64,000 nt of DNA from contig PANC01000017.1 in NCBI GenBank assembly GCA_002708315.1, positions 7,512 to 71,511 of the forward strand, written 5' to 3'. Positions within the stretch are counted from its first letter, which is position 1. Every line of letters starts with the position of its first letter. The DNA comes from Lentimicrobiaceae bacterium. GTDB taxonomy: Bacteria > Bacteroidota > Bacteroidia > Bacteroidales > F082. Position numbers and translations under genes: made by a program. Positions 37,701-45,870 of this stretch are shown piece by piece. The notes beneath the pieces are model-generated. The model ran no database searches. It was not told the origin of the DNA and saw nothing but the letters and a program-made list of their open reading frames with translations.

Positions 37701-38578
37701 TTACTTCTAAAGAAAAATGTGATAACTATAATCAATAGTATTATGGCAATACTAACGGTTATTATAATATCACTCTTTATTTGTCTAGCATTACCAAGTG
37801 CAACCAAGGCATTACCAAAGTAATCAACATTAAATTGATTATTAAATTTTTGGTTTAATGCCTCAATGGTCATATCAATATTATAAAATAGCACTTCATT
37901 TTCTGCTGTTTTATTGCTTGATGCAGGTGTCAGAAGAAAAATTATACTCCTTTTATCTTTGGTAATAAAGTATTTGCCATATGTTAGGAAATTGTCATCA
38001 GAATTTACAGTTTTAAGTTTGTTAAGTACAATTGGCGTCAGGTGCAAAGGATCTGCGGAAATCATAGCTTTTGTGGCAAAAGATACAGGCCCTATTAGGT
38101 TAGTGTAATTGCTTCTGATGGTTTTACTTACGTTCAATGGATTTATTATGGTATCAATAATATCATAGTCGGAATCCGAAAGAAATATGGGCAGATTTGA
38201 ACTTAATAGGTCATATACTTCCATCATCTCATCTTTTGATGGAGCATAATCAATTGTTTTTATCAAATTCGGTACATACCTTGAATAAATGGAGTCGGTT
38301 AAATTATCGGCAAACTCGGAGAGTAATTTGGCATTGACCTGAGAGGTATCATTTAAGCTTATACTAAATACAATTTTATCGAGTAGTTTGGAGTTAGAAT
38401 AAACAAAGTTCACATGGTTTAATTTCTTATTATCGGGAAGAATTTTAGTAATATCTTCAGAAAGTGAGATCTTTGAGGCAAGAATACCACATAGCACAAT
38501 AATCACTATTAACAGAGACAGTGATTTTAATCTGTTATTCCTGATTAGATTATATATACCAACAAAAAAACTGTTCAT
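34736..38578 (-). CDS. Trifunctional fusion: MMPL/RND-type exporter + PlsC-type lysophospholipid acyltransferase + class I SAM methyltransferase
   Basis: 1280 aa. Two 5-6-TM bundles each carry a G-x-x-IDYS motif (GICIDYSLH aa 334-342, GLGIDYSIF aa 725-733) and are separated by soluble loops (aa 1-810). The acyltransferase HX4D motif is NHQSHVD (aa 901-907, nt 35858-35878) and FPEGHRS is at aa 968-974. Methyltransferase motif I is VSDLGCGYG (aa 1110-1118, nt 35225-35251). Confidence 0.8.
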   Translation of the reverse strand: MNSFFVGIYNLIRNNRLKSLSLLIVIIVLCGILASKISLSEDITKILPDNKKLNHVNFVYSNSKLLDKIVFSISLNDTSQVNAKLLSEFADNLTDSIYSRYVPNLIKTIDYAPSKDEMMEVYDLLSSNLPIFLSDSDYDIIDTIINPLNVSKTIRSNYTNLIGPVSFATKAMISADPLHLTPIVLNKLKTVNSDDNFLTYGKYFITKDKRSIIFLLTPASSNKTAENEVLFYNIDMTIEALNQKFNNQFNVDYFGNALVALGNARQIKSDIIITVSIAIILLIIVITFFFRSKRAFIIIFMPAIFGAIVSLAVLYLIKGEVSAISLGIGAVLLGICIDYSLHIYSHFREGVSKTTILNNLSGSIILSSLTTASAFLSLYFVNSAALNDLGLFAAISIISAAIFSLVVMPHLLGKSKDKRKSNLSIIDTIAKYDYSRGKYLKYIIVIITIILFITSSNVGFDADMMKNNYMSDQLAETEKRINAITSLSKKTIYIVTTGKDSQKALERNAEVGKIIYELEANGLIKGASVINKIFPSQNDQNNAIDKWNNYWVNKSQNLKIIIDSCATKSGFRENAFDDFFELLKKDYHTITIEDSKIIYDLFIENFLIEKDSLCAIINIIKVNNLNTDINAVYNQFDDMDHVWIIDKRLITSEFVTILNNNFNKLVTISLSLVFLILLIAYGRIELAIITMIPIIVSWIWTVGIMGILGIDFNIFNVIILTFIFGLGIDYSIFIMRGLLLEFKTGKEELTHYKVSIILSGITTIAGVGVLIFAQHPALRSIAIMSIIGIMSVIIVTFSLLPIIFRWLVYNKNGKRNRPITFIDLIFSIWALLVFVSGSIILSLITILFEFVPIKRSKKKVLLHKVFRYLTWLMIYMNFMSKKTIINTTGEDYIKPSIIIANHQSHVDVMLMMLLNWRVVALTNPRNFSSPIYGRALRYAGFIEVDGDFDYMLEQVKKQTDEGYSVVIFPEGHRSEGNKLKRFHKGAFQLASELDLEILPIIIYGQKEALKKSEFFLKRAEIVTKFLPRIRVNEHAFGVTPRDQAKNIKKYFENEYHEVARYLETPNYFSNFIKNNFIYKGPVLEWYTKIKINLEDDYKLFNDLIPNTSVVSDLGCGYGYLSLLLGLMSNDRVITGVDYDYNKIATAKNCAVKSDNVTFISADITNLVLNKSDVFILNDVLHYLPTDKQELIIDSCISSLNENGMIIIRDADKDMTSRHIGTIVTEFFSTRLGFNKYDNKLEFTSKLKIEKIVTHRNMKMDVIDNTKRTSNIIYIIKSQKN

Positions 38579-39789
38579 TTATTTTCTTTAAGGCCCGAGG
38601 TAACTTTTATGATAGTCCACGAAATCAAAAAAGAAAGAATACCCAATGATAACCCAAGAAGAAGACTTCCGAATATATATTGTATAATGCTGTACCCAAA
38701 CTCTTTAAGGGTTTTATAAAACTCTCCATCAACTATCTGTTGTTTTAAATAATAGATAGTATCAATAGTAAACTCTTGTGGGTTATCAAAGAACAGACTT
38801 CCAAATTGATAGCTAAAATATATAATAAATGGTATGGCAGGAGGTAGACTAATATTTGAAAATATTAGTACAATTATTTTATTCAGCCTGAATATATGAG
38901 CCAAAAAAGCAGCTACTATCATTTGAAAACCCCATATGGGAGCAATGCCCATAAATATGCCGAACCCGATTGCCATACTGATCTTTTGTGGATTTTCATT
39001 ATGTAGCATAATTTGTTCTCGTACAACCTTAGTGAACTTGTTTCGAGTAATATATCGAAAGGATTTTATGGGTAAGACCATTAAAAATGTAATTAAAACA
39101 AGAACTGTATTTAGTAAGCTTATTCTCATAAAATCTCTGAATGGTCTAAAGTGGGTAATCCTGTTCTCGGGTGATGCATAATATACTTTTACTGGTATTG
39201 GAATAATGTTTATCTCTTTCCAAGCGGATCTAACAAGTATTTCAATTTCAAACTCAAAACCAGTGGTTACAAATTTCGTGTTTTTATAATACTTGATTGG
39301 ATATATTCTGAATCCCGACTGAGTGTCAGGTAATCTTTTATTCGTTTCTGCCCAGAACCAAAAATTTGAGAACTTATTGGCAAATGTATTCTTTGATGGC
39401 ATTCCATCTGCATTAATATTTCTAGAACCAATTATAAGAGCATCTGGATTGTGGGTTAATGCATTAAACATCTTAGGAATATCATCAGGATAATGTTGTC
39501 CGTCTGAGTCTATGGTCATCGCATATTCAAAACCAAGAGATAAGGCTTCAGCAATTCCTGTTTTTATGGCTGCACCTTTGCCTTTATTTAATGAAAATGT
39601 AATAATTCTAAGACAAGAAACAGAACTTAATAATTCCGCTGTGGAATCAGTAGATCCATCGTTCACTATGATAATGTTATTCGAGTATTTTTGGACTTCA
39701 CCTATAACATCTATTAGTGTATTAGCATTATTATATGTAGGTATAATAACACATATTTTTGAAATTAAATTATTTACAACGTCCTCCAA
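38575..39789 (-). CDS. GT2 glycosyltransferase fused to a DUF2062-type polytopic membrane domain
   Basis: The GT-A motifs are CVIIPTYNN, VNDGSTDST and TIDSDGQH (DxD). The C-terminal ~150 aa have 3-4 TM spans resembling DUF2062. The start is a forced TTG at 39789, and the stop overlaps the next start (ATGA). Confidence 0.7.
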   Translation of the reverse strand: MEDVVNNLISKICVIIPTYNNANTLIDVIGEVQKYSNNIIIVNDGSTDSTAELLSSVSCLRIITFSLNKGKGAAIKTGIAEALSLGFEYAMTIDSDGQHYPDDIPKMFNALTHNPDALIIGSRNINADGMPSKNTFANKFSNFWFWAETNKRLPDTQSGFRIYPIKYYKNTKFVTTGFEFEIEILVRSAWKEINIIPIPVKVYYASPENRITHFRPFRDFMRISLLNTVLVLITFLMVLPIKSFRYITRNKFTKVVREQIMLHNENPQKISMAIGFGIFMGIAPIWGFQMIVAAFLAHIFRLNKIIVLIFSNISLPPAIPFIIYFSYQFGSLFFDNPQEFTIDTIYYLKQQIVDGEFYKTLKEFGYSIIQYIFGSLLLGLSLGILSFLISWTIIKVTSGLKENK

Positions 39790-39807
39790 TTTTGATTACA
39801 TATTGGT

Positions 39808-40803
39808 TTAATCATAATATGATTTACTATCTATTAACTGATTTTTATCATTCTTGTATAGCGCATAATTAAAACCAGGTTTTAGACAATAGGCTCCTGT
39901 TTCCCCTGCTTTATTCATTGCAATAAAACCTATTTGATATGAGAGGTGGTCAGGAACTTTTTTCACTATTCTAATAACAGCTTCTTCAACAGCCTGCTGA
40001 GGAGTTTTTCCATTTCTCATTAACTCAACAACTAAAAATGAACCTACGGTTTTCATTACTAGCTCTCCCATACCTGTTGCAGTTGCACCACCAACTTCAT
40101 TGTCAACAAACAATCCTGCACCAATAATAGGAGAATCTCCCACTCTACCTCTTTGCTTGAAACCTAACCCACTTGTTGTGCAAGCTCCAGCCATATCACC
40201 CTTGGCATCGATGGCAAGGAGTCCAATTGTATCATGGTAATGGTTTGGAGCATTCTCCCAATTTATAGCAGGATTATAATCTCTTTTTTTAATTTCTTTT
40301 TCCCAGGCCTTCTTAGCCTTTTCGGTCAAAAGATTTTCTCTTTTGAAGCCATTTTTAATAGCAAAATCTTGTGCTCCTTGTCCTGATAGCATAACGTGCG
40401 GCGTACTATCCATTATTAACCTTGCTACTGATATGGGGTGCACAATATCCTCCAAAAAGCATACTGAACCAGCATTTCCATCTGGACCCATTATTGAAGC
40501 ATCAAGAGTAACCACACCTTCTATATCAGGTAATCCCCCCCGCCCAACACTCATATTTTCGGGATCTGCTTCGGGTATCCAAACACCTTGTTCAACTGCG
40601 TCAACAATACTCCCTCCATTATTGAGTACCTTGATGACTGCCTCATTTGATTCAAGTCCGTGGTTCCATGTTGATATAACAACTGGTTTGTTTGATACTG
40701 AAGGGATTTTTGAATTTAATGATGCCGACTTTAGTACTCCAGGAATCAATGTAAGAGCACCAGCAACACTTGTTTGCTCTAGAAATTTCCTTCTATTAAT
40801 CAT
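39808..40803 (-). CDS. Glycosylasparaginase / isoaspartyl peptidase (asparaginase-2 Ntn hydrolase) with TAT-type signal
   Basis: It has the NRRKFLEQTSVAGALTL twin-arginine signal, an HDTIG autoprocessing Thr, and GAGLFVDNEVGGATATGMGE, which closely resembles the flavobacterial glycosylasparaginase signature. Confidence 0.75.
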   Translation of the reverse strand: MINRRKFLEQTSVAGALTLIPGVLKSASLNSKIPSVSNKPVVISTWNHGLESNEAVIKVLNNGGSIVDAVEQGVWIPEADPENMSVGRGGLPDIEGVVTLDASIMGPDGNAGSVCFLEDIVHPISVARLIMDSTPHVMLSGQGAQDFAIKNGFKRENLLTEKAKKAWEKEIKKRDYNPAINWENAPNHYHDTIGLLAIDAKGDMAGACTTSGLGFKQRGRVGDSPIIGAGLFVDNEVGGATATGMGELVMKTVGSFLVVELMRNGKTPQQAVEEAVIRIVKKVPDHLSYQIGFIAMNKAGETGAYCLKPGFNYALYKNDKNQLIDSKSYYD

Positions 40804-40833
40804 GATTTTAGAATTGAAATAGTTAAATGCAAT

Positions 40834-42195
40834 TTATGAAATATTTTTTGGTTTATAACCCCTAATACCATAGAATGCAATATAAATATAGCTAGCAACA
40901 GGTACTATAAATGATATATGAACACCATATCCATCTGCAATCATACCCATTATTAGTGGAAGCAGTGCGCCACCAAGTATCATCATAACTAATAATGATG
41001 ATCCCTGACTTGTATATTTACCCAGACCAGATATTGCAAGTGTAAAAATATTAGACCACATTATTGAATTGAATAATCCTATACCTATTATTGTCCATAA
41101 TGCTATTTCTCCTGTCGTAGACAAAGCGATGGCAAGAAAAATAATATTGATAAATGCAAATATGTACAGAGTTCTATTTGGAAGAGATTTCCCAATGAAG
41201 AATCCCATGAGATTCAAAATGAGAAAAACAAGGTAAATATTTGCTGATGCAAAACTGGTTGTCAATCCTATTATTACATATGCTGCAATAGAAATTAAAG
41301 GCATTGAGATATATTTTTTTAGGTTATTTGTATCACTTAGTGATATTGCTCCCAGAAACCTTCCAATCATTTGTCCTCCCCAATATATTGAAACATAAAT
41401 ACTTGCTTCTGCTGCATTAATACCTGCTATTTCAGGAAGAGTTATGTAGCTTATTAGCATACTACCAATACTTACTTCACCACCAACATACATGAATATG
41501 GCAATCATCCCAAATACGAGCTGAGGATATTTGAGAGCCTGAAACCCTGGTTTAACCTCATCTGGGTTGGTAAACCTTGGAAGTGGTGTTTTTGAAATGG
41601 CAAACGCCATAATCATAAAAATAAGAGCAAATACTAAATACGGCACTTTAACTGCATCTGCTCCCGTTGAACCTTTGAAGAAAATAAAAACCAAGTAGCC
41701 TCCAAGAATAGGAGCAACGGTTGTTCCTAAAGAGTTGAAACCTTGAGCTAAATTTAATCTGGATGAGGCTGAGTCAGGACTACCTAAAATTGCAACATAA
41801 GGATTTGCAGCTATTTGCAGAAGTGTGAAGCCAAGCCCCATTATAAAAAGGGCGGATAGGAAAAACCCATACATATGAAATTGTGCAGCGGGATAAAATA
41901 GTAAAGCTCCAATACCCGAAACTATTAGCCCTATTATAATTCCTTTCTTATAGCCAATTTTATTTATGGGGTCGCCCTTGTAAACAGAAATAATAAAGTA
42001 GATAACAGAACCTATAAAATAGGAAGTGAAAAATGCAAATTGAATTAGCATTGCTTTTGTATGTGTCAATGTAAAAGCATCCTGCAAATAGGGGATAAGA
42101 ATATCATTAAGTGCAGTCATAAATCCCCACATAAAAAATAGGAATGTTAGACCAACAAATGCTCTTCTGTATATGTTTGCACTATTGTCGCTCAT
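40834..42195 (-). CDS. Sugar MFS transporter (FucP/GluP-like, fucose or glucose/galactose:H+ symporter family)
   Basis: 453 aa with 12 predicted TM spans. The N-terminal FFMWGFMTALNDILIP motif is typical of the FucP/GluP subfamily. Confidence 0.7.
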   Translation of the reverse strand: MSDNSANIYRRAFVGLTFLFFMWGFMTALNDILIPYLQDAFTLTHTKAMLIQFAFFTSYFIGSVIYFIISVYKGDPINKIGYKKGIIIGLIVSGIGALLFYPAAQFHMYGFFLSALFIMGLGFTLLQIAANPYVAILGSPDSASSRLNLAQGFNSLGTTVAPILGGYLVFIFFKGSTGADAVKVPYLVFALIFMIMAFAISKTPLPRFTNPDEVKPGFQALKYPQLVFGMIAIFMYVGGEVSIGSMLISYITLPEIAGINAAEASIYVSIYWGGQMIGRFLGAISLSDTNNLKKYISMPLISIAAYVIIGLTTSFASANIYLVFLILNLMGFFIGKSLPNRTLYIFAFINIIFLAIALSTTGEIALWTIIGIGLFNSIMWSNIFTLAISGLGKYTSQGSSLLVMMILGGALLPLIMGMIADGYGVHISFIVPVASYIYIAFYGIRGYKPKNIS

Positions 42196-42222
42196 ATTAG
42201 AGTATTATTTTAGATGTCTTCT

Positions 42223-42681
42223 TTAGTTGTTTAGTAAATTTTTAATGATTGTTGACACTGTTCTGTTATCAGCTTTTCCAGCCAATTGTTTTGAGGCTAT
42301 TCCCATTACCTTACCCATATCTTTCATTGTTGATGCTTCTGCTTCTGTAATAATATTCTGAATTAGAGCTTTTATTTCGTCTTCTGACAATTGTTCTGGA
42401 AGATAATTTTCAATGATTTCAGACTGAAATAATTCAACTTCAGCCAAATCATCTCTGCCTTGATTTTTATATATTTCGGCTGACTCCTTGCGTTGCTTCA
42501 CAAGCTTTTGCAATACTTTTAATTCAACTTCCTTAGGTATTTCAGCTCCACCTATTCCTACTCCTGTTTTCTCCATCAGAAGAGCAGATTTTATAGCTCT
42601 AAGGGATTCAAGTTTTGGTTTATTGCGATTAAGCATCGCTTTTTTAATATCATTGTTTATCAATATCTCTAAACTCATCAT
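42223..42681 (-). CDS. GatB/YqeY domain protein
   Basis: 152 aa. Its LESLRAIKSALL ... QRKESAEIYKNQGRDDLAEVELFQSEIIENYLP region matches the YqeY family pattern. Confidence 0.8.
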   Translation of the reverse strand: MMSLEILINNDIKKAMLNRNKPKLESLRAIKSALLMEKTGVGIGGAEIPKEVELKVLQKLVKQRKESAEIYKNQGRDDLAEVELFQSEIIENYLPEQLSEDEIKALIQNIITEAEASTMKDMGKVMGIASKQLAGKADNRTVSTIIKNLLNN

Positions 42682-42694
42682 TATATAGTTTATG

Positions 42695-42702
42695 CAAATA
42701 TA
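42695..42702 (-). promoter_or_regulatory. -7 promoter box TAnnTTTG (TATATTTG on the minus strand)
   Basis: The plus strand reads CAAATATA. The box lies 14-17 nt upstream of the tandem ATGs at 42681 and 42678, so the leader would be very short. Confidence 0.4.
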
Positions 42703-42882
42703 ATTATAGTTATGTGTGTCTCATTATTTTCTTAATAATACAATGATTTTTTGGAAATTATATTATTGCAACGAACTTGCAATAGTAGAGATAGTGACAT
42801 TAAAAATTTAGAATACTTAACCTTATGCTTTGACTCTAATTATAAGCCATAAAATTCTTCAAATATTGATCTAGTAATTTTA

Positions 42883-44448
42883 CTAATCTACATTGTCATG
42901 AAGGAATGAATTATCTGATTTAATTATTGGTTGATTTTTTGAATCTTCACCAAGTGTATATCGTGACACAACAGATTCTGAAGAATGGTCCTTTTCATCA
43001 AGTTCAACATTTTTCCTAACATAAGCAGGCTGATTTTCAAGCTCACTCATTTTCTCCTGAGAACGGAGGTTTATACTTAGATCCTTAAGTTTATTAACCC
43101 TTTCCTGAGCATTTTTGTTGATACCATCCTCATTTCCTTCTTCCTTTGGCTGCTCTTTGGTTTCGATTTCTTCTTTTTTTGATGATACGGTGTGTCCAAT
43201 ACTAAGATAATTTTCCTCCGTTTTTTTTATCAAGGAAGACGTGTCTTTTAATATTTTCGTTGATGATGACTTTGGTATTATTTCTTCTACTTTATCCAAC
43301 GAATGCACAACTTTTGACTCCTCATGTTTAGCATCAACAACTATTTCTGTAGCTTTTGGAGTAACTTTAATAATTTCTGTTATTACTTCTTTATTTTTTT
43401 CTTCATCTGCTGATTCAACTGGAGAAATTGGCTTTTCCTTGCCCTTATCTCCTACTATACCCACTGTTGTTTTTACGGGTTCTGGATCTTTTCTAACTGC
43501 ATCAAATCCTGTAGCAATAATAGTTATACCTACTTTATTTCCGAGTGTTTCATCTTTTCCAACACCCCAAATAGTTTCTGCACCATCTCCACTTTCACTT
43601 TGGACAAAATTTGTAATTTCTGTTATTTCATCCATTGTAATATCATCCGTACCCGCAGTTATATATAGAAGTATATCTGTTGCACCTACAATTTCATTAT
43701 CGTTGAGTAGTGGTGAATTCATTGCTTCTTCGATGGCTTTTGCTGCCCTGTCTTCGCCTTCGGCAGTAGCGGAACCCATAATGGCTTTTCCGCTATCTTT
43801 TATAACTGTGCGTACATCTTCAAAATCTACATTAACATAGCCAGGCACTGTAATTAGCTCTGCTATACCTTTTGCTGCAGATGTAAGAACATTATCGGCT
43901 TGCGCAAATGCTTCACCCAAAACAAGGTTTCCAAACTGCTCGCGCAATTTATCATTGCTTATAACTAGTAGTGCGTCAACATGTTTTTTGATTTCACTTA
44001 TCCCTAATTCAGCCTGTTGCTTTCTTCTTCTTCCTTCAAAACCAAATGGTAGAGTAACTATACCTACCGTAAGTATATCCATCTCTCTGGCAAGTTTTGC
44101 AATCACTGGTGCCGCACCAGTTCCGGTTCCACCACCCATTCCGGCAGTGATAAATACCATCTGTGTGTACTCATCATCAAGTAACTCTCTGATTTTATCT
44201 ATGGAGCTTTCGGCTGATTCCTTGCCAACTTTGGGGTTGGCTCCAGCACCTAATCCACCACTGTCACCTATCTCTATTTTGATTGGCACAGGACTTGATT
44301 CAAGTGCCTGTAAATCAGTGTTACAAACGGCAAATTCAACTCCTTTTATTCCTTGTTTAAACATGTGGTTTACAGCGTTGGAGCCACCTCCACCAACGCC
44401 TAATACCTTGATGATTGAAGGATGCTGCTTAGGTTCAAATGTAATCAT
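42883..44448 (-). CDS. ftsZ: Cell division GTPase FtsZ (long C-terminal tail)
   Basis: It has GVGGGGSNAVNHM and the tubulin signature GGGTGTGAAP. The core ends near aa 320 and is followed by an approximately 200-aa E/K-rich linker and tail. Confidence 0.97.
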   Translation of the reverse strand: MITFEPKQHPSIIKVLGVGGGGSNAVNHMFKQGIKGVEFAVCNTDLQALESSPVPIKIEIGDSGGLGAGANPKVGKESAESSIDKIRELLDDEYTQMVFITAGMGGGTGTGAAPVIAKLAREMDILTVGIVTLPFGFEGRRRKQQAELGISEIKKHVDALLVISNDKLREQFGNLVLGEAFAQADNVLTSAAKGIAELITVPGYVNVDFEDVRTVIKDSGKAIMGSATAEGEDRAAKAIEEAMNSPLLNDNEIVGATDILLYITAGTDDITMDEITEITNFVQSESGDGAETIWGVGKDETLGNKVGITIIATGFDAVRKDPEPVKTTVGIVGDKGKEKPISPVESADEEKNKEVITEIIKVTPKATEIVVDAKHEESKVVHSLDKVEEIIPKSSSTKILKDTSSLIKKTEENYLSIGHTVSSKKEEIETKEQPKEEGNEDGINKNAQERVNKLKDLSINLRSQEKMSELENQPAYVRKNVELDEKDHSSESVVSRYTLGEDSKNQPIIKSDNSFLHDNVD

Positions 44449-44549
44449 ATCAGTTATTTTGATTTGGAATAATTAAAATTAATCTATTTGAAAAGGTTGA
44501 TAATTGAAGTTAGCTAGTAGTTTTTAACAAAATAAAGTTAATTGCGACA

Positions 44550-45866
44550 TTACTCAGAAGTGTCATTTTCAAACCAATTCTTAAGTGATTGAAGAAACCT
44601 TGATGGACCGGATTCTCCATCACCATCCTTGCTTCTTTTATCACGTTTTTTTGCTTTATCGTTTCCTGAGCTATTGTCATCTGAATTTAAGTTACCCTCT
44701 CTAACGTTTGCTATGTCAAAACGAATAATACCCTCAATAACAAGTCCAATACCAGTAGCATACATTGGACTTGCCATTTCTTCAATCACATCCTTGGCAA
44801 GATGTTCATTTGGGTATCCAATACGAGTTGCCATGCCAGTTGTAAATTCAGCCAATTGATCAATATGTTTTAGCTGTGATCCACCACCTGTCATTACGAT
44901 GCCAGCAATTAGTTTTTTTTCAAACCCCGAGTTCTTAATCTCAAAAAATACTTGGTCAATAATTTCTTCCATCCGTGCTTGGATTATTGACGCCAAATTT
45001 TTCAAGGTAATTTCCTTTGGAGGTCTGCCACGCAAACCTGGAATAGCAACAACTTCATCATCTCTGTTTTCACTAGCAAGAGCCGAACCAAACTTTACCT
45101 TTAATTCCTCGGCATGTTTCTTAATTATGGTACAACCTTCCTTTACATCCTCAGTTACAATATCACCACCAAAAGGGATCACTGCCGAATGTCGTATGAT
45201 ACTATCTTGGAATATGGCGATATCGGTTGTTCCTCCCCCAATATCAACCAACACGACACCTGCTTCTTTTTCTTCCTCGCTCAATACCGCTTCAGCTGAA
45301 GCGATTGGCTCAAGGATGAGATTAACCATCTCTAGGTCTGCTTTTTTTATACACTTATAGATGTTCTTGGCAGAGGCTGTTTGTGCTATAATAATATGAA
45401 AATTAGCCTCCAGATTGTTGCCAAGCATTCCAACAGGTTCCCTTATGCCACTTTCGTTGTCAATTATGTAATCCTGAGGTATAACATCTATTATTTCTTC
45501 TCCAGGAGCCATACTTAGTTTATACATATTTTGTGTAAGACTATCTATCTCTTGTATAGTAATCTCTTTATCTTCATCATCTCTTATGATGCTTCCCCTG
45601 TGTTGATGACTTTTGATATGCTGACCAGCAATGCCTACATTCACGTATTTAATGGCAACTCCTGATTTCTCTTCAGCCATTTGTACAGCTTTTTTTATGG
45701 ATTGTACAGTGTTTTCAATGTTGGCCACAACTCCACGTTTAACTCCAATGGACTCAGTTTTTCCGTAACCCATAATATCAATTTTACCAAATTCATTTTT
45801 TGTCCCTACTATACAAGCAATTTTAGTAGTTCCTATGTCCAGTCCGACGATAATTTCAGATTCCAT
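44550..45866 (-). CDS. ftsA: Cell division protein FtsA
   Basis: It has an actin-like ATPase fold (GLDIGTTKIACIV, VDIGGGTTDIAIF, GGGSQL) and sits between ftsQ and ftsZ. Confidence 0.95.
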   Translation of the reverse strand: MESEIIVGLDIGTTKIACIVGTKNEFGKIDIMGYGKTESIGVKRGVVANIENTVQSIKKAVQMAEEKSGVAIKYVNVGIAGQHIKSHQHRGSIIRDDEDKEITIQEIDSLTQNMYKLSMAPGEEIIDVIPQDYIIDNESGIREPVGMLGNNLEANFHIIIAQTASAKNIYKCIKKADLEMVNLILEPIASAEAVLSEEEKEAGVVLVDIGGGTTDIAIFQDSIIRHSAVIPFGGDIVTEDVKEGCTIIKKHAEELKVKFGSALASENRDDEVVAIPGLRGRPPKEITLKNLASIIQARMEEIIDQVFFEIKNSGFEKKLIAGIVMTGGGSQLKHIDQLAEFTTGMATRIGYPNEHLAKDVIEEMASPMYATGIGLVIEGIIRFDIANVREGNLNSDDNSSGNDKAKKRDKRSKDGDGESGPSRFLQSLKNWFENDTSE

Positions 45867-45870
45867 ACGA

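Noticed and set aside
29780-39789. Calling the operon a flexirubin or aryl-polyene biosynthetic gene cluster
   Set aside because: No ketosynthase, ACP, KR, DH, thioesterase, ammonia-lyase or LolA-like gene is present in the operon or anywhere in the window. Only the accessory-type functions are there, so I report it as an orphan tailoring and export operon.
40343-40822. 159-aa plus-strand ORF opposite the glycosylasparaginase gene
   Set aside because: It is an antisense shadow ORF with no independent signal and a Ser/Thr/Pro-rich composition typical of the reverse frame of a Gly/Ala/Val-rich protein.
42764-42784. Hairpin TATTGCAA-CGAAC-TTGCAATA downstream of ftsZ, considered as a possible terminator
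   Set aside because: The stem is 8 bp and AT-rich, and no T-run follows it on the minus strand. It is much weaker than the clear terminator at 59944-59974, so I do not call it.
43241-44476. ORFs of 199 aa and 173 aa on the plus strand, opposite ftsZ
   Set aside because: They are fully embedded antisense to a highly conserved gene. The translations are low-complexity (S/T/I/P/A-rich mirror images of the FtsZ Gly/Thr/Glu codons) and have no motif or promoter box.
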